Shown one piece after another: positions 22,901-34,900 of a stretch of DNA of 64,000 nt (positions are counted from its first letter, which is position 1; every line of letters begins with the position of its first letter). The position numbers were made by a program, and so were the translations under genes. The DNA is from Hypanus sabinus (Eukaryota): the NCBI RefSeq assembly GCF_030144855.1, contig NC_082722.1, positions 39,556,001 to 39,620,000 on the forward strand, written 5' to 3'. Under the pieces are notes generated by a model, which made no database searches, was not told the DNA's origin, and saw only the letters and a list, made by a program, of their open reading frames with translations.

Positions 22901-25900
22901 CTGCAGATTTCCTCGTGTTTGAGAGTTAGAAATGTACTCACCAAATACTTTGACCCATAACTTACAGAATAATTACGTAGTATACTCACTTAGCCCTGTT
23001 TTCTGTCCTTGCTCGTATGAAGGTGGTTTACCTATTTATGCAAGTACGTCTCTGACAATAGATGTGTAACAGCCTAATGTAACATTGTATGGAAATACAA
23101 GATAATACTGATGCAGACATGTTTTATACATTTAGCAAGGGGCTTTATTAATGCAACAGAGTTAGTCAGTTTTTCAATGTTCGTCGTCATTCGGGTCAAT
23201 CTGTCCGTGAACTCCCTGTCGGTTGCCTCCATATGTTCCAGTATTTGTTTTTTTTAGTTTTAAGTCCTCCTGCGCAGGAGCCAACAGCTGTCCGTTGTTT
23301 AAGTTTTTCTAGTCTGTAACTGAAGAAACGCATACCAAGTCTTTCACAGTGAGATTTGACACCAAACATGTCATTTGTTTTCGGTAGATGTGTCCTGCAC
23401 ATGTGCAATAGGAGGAGATTCACAGAAATATCCATTTTAATGTGGACAGAAGTATTTTCAAAAATGCTTAGTGTGGACGCCTATCGTTTTTATGCAAAAC
23501 CGGCGTTTTCAAAATTATCTGGTCTAATGTGGACGTAGCTTGTAAAATGCATGTTAACTAATTCATGGCAAACTGCAGCTCACTGCACTTTGTTAGTGTT
23601 CTCTTGCTCTCAGAGAAATTGCTGTAGCTGCTGCTTTCTCTGCTTTTCTGAATAGACTTTCTCAGACTCTGCTTTACAGTACAGTATATTACAATCATTT
23701 TTCCTCCCTTACACAACAGTGGCTGAAGCAGTGCAATCCATAATTAGTGTTTTACTCAATTATTAGCACTGTCAGCCAATTATCTCTTGGTATAAAACAA
23801 GGCAGTTTAACCCATTAAAGGTATGTTAAGAAATGTGAGCATCTTTCAATAAACATAGTATAATTTCTGCAAGAAAATTAATAAACAGTTATAAAATTGT
23901 GGACAGTATAAATTTCAGGCACTTAAAACAATATAGATACTAGTCAACAACAAAGTTATCAAATCATTTCTATCCAGGCAAAACGTCACCATCAGCAGAT
24001 ATTTTTAAATACTTGCCATGCAGTTGGTCTTAATTAAAATAATGGAAACAGTTGACCTAAGAAGTAGGGTTTGTATTTCAAAGCACCCTCTCAACATCAG
24101 CAAATCCAGAAAGAGACAATTGCCTTTGGAGTTGATACTTACAGGTTTGAACTGACTATCTTTGTCTTAAGGCAACACGAATGAATCTGCAGATGCTGGA
24201 AATAAATAAAAACACAAAATGCTGGCAGAACTCAGCAGGCCAGACAGCATCTATGAGAGGAGGTAGTGACGACGTTTCAGGCCGAAACCCTTCATCAGGA
24301 GACAGGAAACCCTTCCTGATGAAGGGTTTTGGCCCGAAACGTCGTCACTACCTCCTCTCATAGATGCTGTCTGGCCTGCTGAGTTCTGCCAGCATTTTGT
24401 ATTTTTATCTTTGTTTTAATATGTCTTCCATAATTTATCCCTTAATTAAAGCTAAAGCTCAGATTGCCATTGTAACTGTTGGGTTAAAATAGAATCATGA
24501 GGTTGCAGTCATACTTTCCTTGATCCTCTAAGTATAGTTGTTTTCTCAGTCATGAAACGTGAAATTGCTAATCATGCTTCCTAAAGTTGTCAGGTGAAGT
24601 TGCAACTTACTTGTTCAGAAGCAGAATTATTGTCAGTGAATAAGTTGCGAAGCTTACTGTTACACCTGCACTGTACTGCACAAAATTTGTTTGAGGCAGC
24701 AGTACAGTGCAGGCATTACAAATTACTATTAAGTTACAGTCAAAATAAATATAGCCTGCCAGAGGAACAGTGAGGTCGTGTTCATTGACTGATGGTAGAA
24801 GGAAGGAAGCTGTTACTAAAATGTTGAGTTGGGGTCTTCAACTTCATGTACCTCTCCCTGTTGGTAGCAATGAGAAATGCATGTCCTGGGTCTGATGCCA
24901 CCTTCTTGAGGTACAGCCTTTGGAAAAATATCCTTGACGGTGGGGAAACTTGTGGTTGCTGTCAAACACCTCTGAAGCCCCTTATGATCTTGTGGATTGG
25001 CACCTCTACCAGGCAGTGATGGAGTCGGTCAGAATGCTGGCCACCGTACATCGTTAGAAATTTGCTAGCATCTTTGATGTGAATACCAGATCTCTACAAA
25101 CACCTTGTGAAGTTCAGCTGCTGGAGTGTCTTCATTGTCATTGTAACAATATAGTGGGTCCAGAACAGATCCTCTGAGAAGTTGGCACCAAGAATCTTGA
25201 AACTGCTCACTCTCTCCACTGCTGACTGGCTTGAGAGGATTCACCCCCCCCCTTGAAGGATGCTTTGACATCCTGTGAGACAGGGATCACAAGGTCACCA
25301 GATATCATAGGCATTTGCACAAGTGTAATTTTATTCTCCATTACAAAGCATGCACTAAAAGTATTGACCCCTACCTTGAAGCATTACTGCCAATTATATT
25401 GTTAGGTTTCACCTTGTCGGAAGTAATGGCTGGTATGCATACAGCTGTGCTTCACATGGAATTGCCTTTTTGCTGTCACGACAGTCTTCAATATGACTTG
25501 TTGAATGGCTATGGACCACTGGTCTTACATGCCATAGATGTGTACACAATTCTCCACAGGTTGTTTTAGCATGTTAACACTCAACAACTTGCTAAGTGTT
25601 GGTGCCTGACAAATGCTGACTTGGCCGATGACCCTGTATGAATCGTTACTCATTCCAATTCTTTGCAAATTTGCTATTTTGTTTATCTCTTGGCCCCACT
25701 CTGTACAAACTTGTACTACATGCTTTCAAAAACAAAAAGCTGCAGGTTCTGGAAATCAAAATAAAACAGATAATGCTGGAAATGCCAGCCGGGTTAGGTA
25801 ACACTTCTGGAGATTATTCTTCAGTCTGATTAATTGTTTGAGGAAATACACAGCCACATGATTGATATCCCTTCTTGATTGTAGTATATTGCCATTGATT

Positions 25901-28900
25901 TTCTCTGGACGCAGATACTGTGATCAATTTATTTGCTCGTTGCTGCTGCTCTTCACCCATTCCCAGTCTTAAAATATCCAAAAGTTAAACAGATGTTTGA
26001 CCCCCTTGATCTCTCAAATTTTCAGATTCATCTGCATGTAAGTACTTGTTGCTGAAGAGAAGGGAAATGCTATAGAGATTGTTGAAAAGCTTGCATTGAC
26101 AGCATTGCATTGTCTTATTTACATTGACTTTCTTGCAATATCATTAGTTAACTTCAATATTGTGCATATTTTTGATAAGTGTAACTTCATTTTATAGCGC
26201 TGGAATTTATCCTACTTCTGTCCTCTTTTAGAACTAATGAAGTTGTGGAATATTATGGTGGCTATCCTGAAGGTTACACTGCAGAGGATTACAACTATAC
26301 CTGGAGTGGTATGATTAACTGTTATGCATCTACCTATTTGTAGCATGCTATTAGTATTGGATAGAAAATTAATAAGTAGCAAAGGAATAATTAGAAGAGG
26401 CATTAGGATGATGGAAAAGGTTGGGTGGTAGTTTAAACACCATGTAGGAATCAATACTACTACATTTAACACACCCCACCTTAAACCAATGTTCTCTCAT
26501 AATTTCTCCATGTAATCACTTCTCATCTTCTGTGTTCACTTTTCTGCTTGGTCACGTGCATTTGAGTAGTTTTATAATTACAAGTAGAAGATTTTAATAT
26601 GCCGAGTATTAGCCTGCTTGTGGTAATGGGTTTATTTGCAAGGGTACATTCTTGGAGGTAAATGATTACCTTAGGTCAAAGTACTAGTACTGTATTCCTG
26701 TTATGGTGAAAGATGTGCTATTGCAGAAGCTGGATTCACTTAGTGATTTGAATACAAGTTCAGGGTTTGCGAGATCAGGTGAAATTCAGTTATTTTGCTC
26801 TCAGAATCTGGGTTTTGCTAGTAAGACTTAACTGTCATTGAGACTATGATAGTTGTGTTCCTTGAACCACTATGGTTTTTTATATGGGGCGGGGGAGGGT
26901 ACGCCCGAAGTACTCTTTAGTCGATAACAATTATGAAGAATTGAAGTCAGAGAAGTGTGTCATTTGAAAGGGAGCCTGCATATGTTTGTATTCCCGCATG
27001 TCAGAAGCTTTTCCGCTATTGTAAGTGGTGCATTCAGAATCATCTGGACAAGTAACAGCAGTGTATTGTGTATGTGGCACATTCTATAAAAAGGAATAAG
27101 TGTTTAGAGTGGGTTGTATTTTTTGTTTGAGCAGGCTACTGTCTTTTGGGTGGTGTTGGTTATAATTGTTGGAGCTGACCTCTTTTAGGGAGTGTCATTA
27201 GACTTTTTCTTGAGTCTTAAAATGGTGTAAAGACCCTGTGTTGTCAGACAGTGAGATGTTTGCTCCAGGTTCCCAAACATCTGACCTGTTTCTGTGGTAC
27301 TGGTGGCCTTCAGGATATTGGTGGGGGGGGTAGAATTGGTGGTACTTCCATTGAATGTCGGGGATCAAGATTAAAGATTAGCTTGATTTGTCGCATGTGC
27401 ATTGAAACATAGAGTGAAATGCATCATTTCCAATAAAACAAAGCAAGGATTGTGTTGAGCAGTCTTCCAAGTGTTGCCACACTACCAGCTCCAACATAGC
27501 ATGCTTACAGCTTACTAACCCTAACCTGTACATCTTTGCAATGAAAGGAAACTTGAGCACCTGGAGGAAACTCACATAAAGTTAGTTTACTGGTACATTT
27601 CTGGCACAAACATCTTTTTAACCCCTGCCAAAATTCTTGCCGCAAGAATGCATGTACTGTATCATTGCTGTGGAGATGCACAATCTGCACTGTATGTCTG
27701 CAGTTCTGACCTTGTGATGGAAAAAGAAGCCATTAATGAAGCATGTGGTTAGGCTGAGAGAATGGACATTCAACAACCAAACCTACTTTCATGCGAGACA
27801 TGAGTTCGGCCATAGTGTTTTTTTGCCTTGATGTACGTTGAATGCAGAGTTGAGACTTCTTATCCCACACTTGTCAAGTGCTGCTCTTACGTCAGAGGCA
27901 GTTGCTCTTGCCTCTCTCCTGGAATTCAGCTCTGACATTTTTGAACTTGGGACTATCATAAGGTCAGCTGAGTTGTTCAGCAAAAGCTAAGCTGGGCGTA
28001 TTGAGAAAATTATGGATAAATACTACTTGATAGTTCTGCCGCCTTTCATTTTTTTTGTGGTAAGTGGCTGGATTCAACTCTTTCTTGATCTTTAGCAAAT
28101 AGTTGGTTGGGTTGGTAACTTAGGGAATTTCCTTTCCCATACAAGACTCAGACTCAGGTATGCATTAGGAGACGCTATTTATGTGACACGGGGAGCAGTC
28201 CCTCTGGAGAGAAAACCATTCTAATGGGTATGGTTTGTTCAACTTTGCCATATTTGGTACTGCTCTAAGCAAGCTAGAATGAAAAGTAACATCACCTTGT
28301 GACGTACCCATGTACACCTAGTGGCCAACATCAGGTATACTTATGTCTACGGCAGCAGGCTAGAGGGCAGCACCAGGATTTTCTGCTGATTCAGGCATTA
28401 AGCACAATTCTGTAGTCTCGCAGAGTATTCACCTGACCCCAGTTGGCTGAAATCTTCCACAGTAACAATGTTGTAACTGCACTGAAATAGCTTGGCTGGA
28501 GGCATGGCTAGCTCTGCAGTGAAGGTCTTGAGTTCTGCATGTGAGCTGTTATTTGGGGCATAAAGTTGAGCTTCATCCAGCTTTCTCAGCTGTTCTTGAT
28601 GTCATATGAAGTAAATCATCTTGACCAAAACAATAGTTGGGTGCAGGAGTGGGAGTGAAGTTGGAATGTGTCAATTCCTCTGTCTCCTGGTGGCTTTTTA
28701 CTGTCCCACCACTATCAGTCAAGATTAAGTGTGGTAGGGTGCAGGTCTCATTTTATCCATTGGTTGAGATTGCTTGGCCTCCTTATTTCAGTATCTCCTT
28801 ATGAAGAGCTAAATGACTCCTTTTCAGACAAGGCTAGCTCACTTACCCAGTCTCTTAACCTGGTCTTCCCATATTCACATCACTTCCCCAGCAGTCACAG

Positions 28901-31900
28901 GTGAAAGTCCACTCGGACAAAATGGAGATTGGAATTGAGCTTGAGTTGCTGGAGCTAGATGCAGCAGCTATACACCACTACATGCTGTTTAAAATTATTT
29001 TTCTATGAAAAGGCTATACTTGGATAGCACATGCATATGAAATATATACAGTGTTATGTGCAGATGCAAGTGTTGGCTATTCAAAGTGAATAAAATTAGA
29101 AATAATGATTTGAGTGAGTAATTAGAGAAGAATTCATTTGAGGAAATTCAAGCAAATGATTTAAAATTAACAAAAATATGGAAGTTGAAAGAAAAATGAA
29201 ACCCAAGCAAAGAGCAATACAGGTGGTTGCCGCGGTACCATGGTGGTTAGCACAACGCTATTATAGCAACAGAATTTGGAGTTTGATTCCGGTGCCATTT
29301 GTAACAAGTTTGTATGTTCTCCCCATGAGCGCGTGGGTTTCTCTGGGTGCTCCGGTTTCCTCCTCCAGTTCAAAGATCTACTGGTTGGTAGGTTAATCAA
29401 TGTAAATTGTCCTATGATTAAGTTAGTTTTAAGTAAGTGAGTTATTGGGTGGTTCAGCTGATTGGGTCAGAAGGGCTTGTTCTGTGTTCTCTAACATGGA
29501 AAGGTGATATAGCAGAGGTGCCTGTATAAAGTTCTGATACTCTGAAACTTTTGATTTGTTAAGCTGTGCACTGAGCCACCTGGTGGTTTGTTCATGTAAT
29601 TACAATATAAGTTCAGGTTGACTATGCATAGTTTTAAATACGTATTTCTATTAAAACTTCTTGACAGTGTTGGGAAGAAAATGCATTAGGATGTATGACC
29701 GGATGAATTGCAAATTGTTTTGAAATTAACCATTACTTTAAAGTTGCTTGAAAAAGGTTAGTGAAGAAACATTTTTCATGACTTAAGTATGAAATTGAAT
29801 TGAGCAAATAATGCAGCACTTTATTCAAAGGTAATATTTAACAAACTATTAACTACAGCAGTAATTTAAGCTAAGTTTATTTTTTCCCTCCAGGAGGTAA
29901 GCAAGCATACTTGGAGCATTGTTGGATAGAGAAAAAAATGATTTAATCCCTCATTCAAAATAAGTAATTGTGTTTTCTTGGTCATTGAAGAAGCCTGCAG
30001 ACCAGATGATGGGCGTAGAGAAGAGCTTTATCAACAATTCTATAAAGAATTAGAAGATGACTACAATAAAGAAAAACATGCTGACTGTGTTGTCATAGCC
30101 TTAAGCAAGCAACAGGGGTAACTTTTTATCAGAATATTTTTTACTTTTGTTTACATTTTTGTTGGATGAAGGGCAAAAATGATTACAAACCCATCATAAC
30201 AGTTCATGCTTGATTGCAGTTTATTTAACTAACTTGATGTGCATGTTAAGAGCAAATTGTATAACCTAAAAGAGCATGCATAAAAATTTCCATATTGCAC
30301 AGTACTGTAGTGATTTTATGTATTGCGCTGTACTGCTGCTGTTTTTTAAAAAAAAACAAATTTCATGACATATATGAGTGACCATAAACATGATTCTGAT
30401 GTGGGTCTCTATTGTGGACTCAGAGGGGAATCATGGATGGGAGAGGGAAAGAAGCAGGAAGTACCAGAGAGGCATTCTGTAATGATCAATAAACCAATTG
30501 TTTGGAATTAAATGACCCCGCGTGGTGTGTGCACTCGTGCCAACCCCCACCCTCGGCACTCTGCCACCTGTTCCACAACCCTCCCCTGGTGCTCCACCCT
30601 TGCCCAACATCCCCTGCTCTCGCCAGGTTTACAAAATTGTTTTACACTCTGTGGTGACAAAAACAGTAGTGCAAAAGTCTTAGCCGCCCTATTTTTTTAT
30701 ATATATATAATATACACACACACACACGTATATGTTTCTAAGATTGTAAGAACATTAGAGCACCAAAATAAAATCACCATGCCATTTTAAGGGGTAGAAT
30801 TCTTGATACATTGTTTCAGCCTTTTAAGGTATTAAAATAAATCAAAGCTCAATTTATTTCGATTCTTTCCTTCCCTTGTTTCCCAGAGGCTTTGTGGTTT
30901 GAATTGGATAGTGGGGTGGCAGAATGTTAGCATAATTGAGAGCCTGATCTTTTCCAGTTTCGAGCGTACAAGATCAAAATTGTAAAAGATATCCTGTGTG
31001 GAAATTTGAAATCTGCTTTTATCTAAAGATGTACAAAGATTGTTATCACAGGTGTTCCATTTTTGTGTCTATTTAACACAACTGATAAATTCTGCTTTTT
31101 TTTAAAAACTCGGCTGCTTCATTCTCAGTTTTTCTTTAGCTGGTCACAGAATAAGATCCAGATTTCTGCATAGGTGCAAAAGTTATCTTTTTTTGCATCT
31201 ATAATGTGAAAAATTAGATTATGCCTGTCTTTTCCAAACCTTGTGTGTGAGAAGTCATAGCATCTTCAGACTACAATATTACATTGTTTGACCTGCTAAC
31301 CGGAAAATATTAATTTGTTTCATTTTTAAGGGATTATGCTAAACTAGTAGGACGACGAGTGCAAGAACTGGGCCTTCTCGTGGATTTGTTATATCTTAAA
31401 TTAGAGTTGGCCCTTGATACTGCACTGAAAGATGTTCGTGAAGAAGGCTCCCCGTTTTGTGTTGTTGTGAGTGGAGAACATCAGACTCTTTCATCTTGCA
31501 CAGTGATTATTTTGTATGCTGGCCACAAAGGTACATTTTCAGCTTCTATAAATATTGCACTTAGCATTAATGAGATGTACATTGCCAGTGATGCCACCAA
31601 ATTATATTGAAATCTTGTCATATGTGACTTGATGTTCTTGATCTGGATTGCTTTACCCTTGATCCAATTGTCGCGTCCATGCCAATATTTTTAAAGGGCT
31701 TTGTTGCAAAGTTTCTCATAAAGCTATTGCCTCAGAGCTTGCTATCGATGGTGCATCTGCTATGCTTATTAAAAAAAAAAATTTTGACCAACTGCAGAGG
31801 TAATCCAAAACAAATTATTTAAATAATTAATATATTTTTAGAATGCCATAATTATTTTTAGTAAGTAAATTACTTAAACGACTCACAGATATAAACAAAG

Positions 31901-34900
31901 CACTAAACTAAACTCAAATGATTGTGGTGGGGATATAGAGGGGAATGTGGATCATCTTATACGTGCCGCACCCTCACAGCAGTTCTCCAGCCAAATTCGC
32001 AAGCTTGCTTTTCCTATGCTGGGTTTAAATGCCAGAAAATTAGTATCACCTGATATGTTATAAATCCATAAGCAGCTAATATTCTCTATCCCTTGCATTT
32101 TTTTTGTGTAAATGCACACAACTAGCAAGTCACAAGTCACCAGAGTTTGGTGCACTGTCAAATGACTTGGTTACCTTACGATGGAATTAAGATTGGTGCT
32201 GGATATTTTATTTTTATTTTGAGGGTGGGAAATTGTTCTCCAGGTACAGGGTGCAAATTTTAGTGGAATTTACTTTACCTGAGAAATAAGTGTGAATTGA
32301 TTTGTTGAGTTACTACGTTCATAGTGGGCAGCTCTAAAAGGATGTAAATACAAAGTTAGGGCAGTCAGTATTCTGTTTTTTACATTTTTTTAATTAAGAT
32401 GAATTTGACTTCAATCATAGTTTAAAATTTTACATCATATCTAAAAATTGAAATATTGAAGTGTCTGTATTCTAATTCTTAGTTTCCTTAATTTCATATA
32501 ATTGTAGCAAAGTTTTTGAAATATTTTATTAGTGATACAGGCAGACCTACATTTCACAATAAATATTCTCACCTTGATCAGTAAAGACCTTTATCATTGC
32601 ATTTGTGGAATAGCAAGGTAGCAGTGAAATCTAGATCTCCATGTTGTAGTGTCTATGTAAGAGATTGCTTGACTTCATGCTACAGTTTTGGCAAATGCTG
32701 ACTGTTGTGTTGGTGCAACTTATTCAGCTGGAGACCACAAATACTGCAAGGCTAATGAATCAGTTGAACTTGGTTCCAGGTCATTGAACGTTTGCTCAAT
32801 GTTGTTAGGCAGGTGAAGTGACTTTGCAGGCCATGTATGGATTCTGTAAATGGCTCAGAGCCAACTGACTTTGGGGTTAGTCAGTGTCACACAATGAATG
32901 ATTTGAAATTCAAAAATAATTTATGCAAGGTTTATCAAATGAGATAATGGTCAATTAGGTAAGAGTCTTATGATCTGTGTCATGTTAAGTGGTTAATTGT
33001 ACCTAACTGAGTCTATTCTTGAAAACTTAGTTGTGCATTATTACCAAGTACGCTGAAGAGAAAGATCTTTGATCAAAAATAAAGTTGCCTCTATTCAACA
33101 GAACATCGTAATATGCCCTTGGAAGACGCTTTGGACCTGATTTCACGTGAACATCAACGTATATTTGGTGAAACTTTGGAAAAAGAACGACTTGAAATTG
33201 CACACAAAGCAGCTAATTTGGCAGATGATTATCTTCATCGTGAATCTTACTCTGAAAGTCATGTTGTGCCGAGCACCATCCGACATCTTCTATTTCTGCT
33301 TGGTGATGGAAAACATCTTTATGCTGAGGAGCTGCAAGCAGTTATTGAGTACTTGAGCAAACGGAAAGAGGATGTTGAAGCTGGTTAGTTCATTATTTTC
33401 TGTTTTCATGGGATATTTTGATGAAATAATTGAAGAAGCAGTTTTCCTTTTTTTTTAAATTAGTTTTTTACTGTGGGCGTTTTTAATGTTGAAGATGGCT
33501 TACCTTAAACTATTCTATTTTTAATATTTTGGCATTAATGGAAATATTCCATAGATGACTCACGTGGATAACTGCATGCCTTCTCTTTTGCCTGATTCTC
33601 CATTTTTATGTATGAAAAGATTCAAAATCTTCCTCTGTCTTTGTGGTGCATATCATTAAATATTTATATTGTTCCAGTCTCCTTATTCAGTTTCATTACA
33701 CACATTCAGCTTAAAAGATTGCTGTACATGAAGGCATGGCTGTGAACGGTAGATTGGTGAAATGCTGTGGATGAAACATCTGGTTTTTCATGCAGGTCAA
33801 AGACATTAATTTTGTACAAGAATCATCTAAAGTTGATAGTTTTGTTAAGTAAAATTTTGAATGTTTAATTAGTTAATAAAAAGACTTGCTTGACCAAAAT
33901 ACCAGTCAAAAAAAAAATAAAGCCAGACAAACCAGGAAATAGAAACACAAATAATATTCAGTTTTGTCATCTTTGGAAGTCAGTGCCGAAGTGTTTAATC
34001 ACAAGTAGCCTCAGGGCCGGAGTGTAAACACTTTGTAGTGCAACACAGGGGAATCCATTTACTTTGTGATACTTTGTGATCTAGAGCTTGATTTGTGCTT
34101 TTTTTTAACCTGTACAGGTATCAAATTACTCTAAAGTTGTAACTGTCTTAATCTGATATATTTGTCTTGACAGAGGTGAACAATACTTGGCAAAACTATC
34201 AGGAAGAGAGAACCGAAGCGTATCAATGGCCACATGAAGGTAAATGAGCAAAGATCAAGATTTCAATATTGTGTTCTACCCTAACAAAAATTTTATTCAA
34301 GTGATAAATTATCTGTTTATCACATATAAATAAAATTACTGGCCTTTTGCCTTCAGGTCCTGCCAGTAACTCCAAAAAAAAGGTCTGTGCACAAAGAAAG
34401 GAATTGTGAATAAATAAGATGATGATAGGAAGTAGAATTTTAGCAGTTAAAATTTTAAATAAGTGTATGTCTTATTTTTATGCTTTAAAGTTGTTTTCTT
34501 TATTTTCCAGCATCTCTTGTTCAACAAGCTACTGGAACTGAGAGTTACTATGACGTAGGCAGTGTTTCACAAACTTCCAGCAAGCCCAAGCCCCTCCTTC
34601 CAACACCAGTCAGGCCTCCCCTTTTGGGCCATGCTCCTCTTTCTCAGAAAAAAACGCCTCTTTTGGGTGATCGTCCAATTAGGGCTCTTCTGCCTGCTCC
34701 AGGTTAGCATTTTTCCCCAAAACTTAATGCATTCAGCAGTCTGCCACTCATTAGTTTGTAATGCTCAGTTGCCTGCAAAATGGTAAAAAAAAAAGTTTTA
34801 AATGAGCTCAAAATGCGTCATCTTTGTTATCTCTCTTTCTAAGCACAACTTCTCAGGTTATTGAACTTTGCATTGCAGAGATGACTTTCATGGTTGCATG

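Noticed and set aside
29232-29300. tRNA gene
   Set aside because: A/B-box-like head continues into a SINE body and does not form a complete cloverleaf.
34357-34409. Alternative exon GPASNSKKKVCAQRKEL* in the NCOA5-like gene
   Set aside because: Good acceptor, but the nearby donor is out of phase and nothing else supports it. At most an unverified alternative terminal exon.
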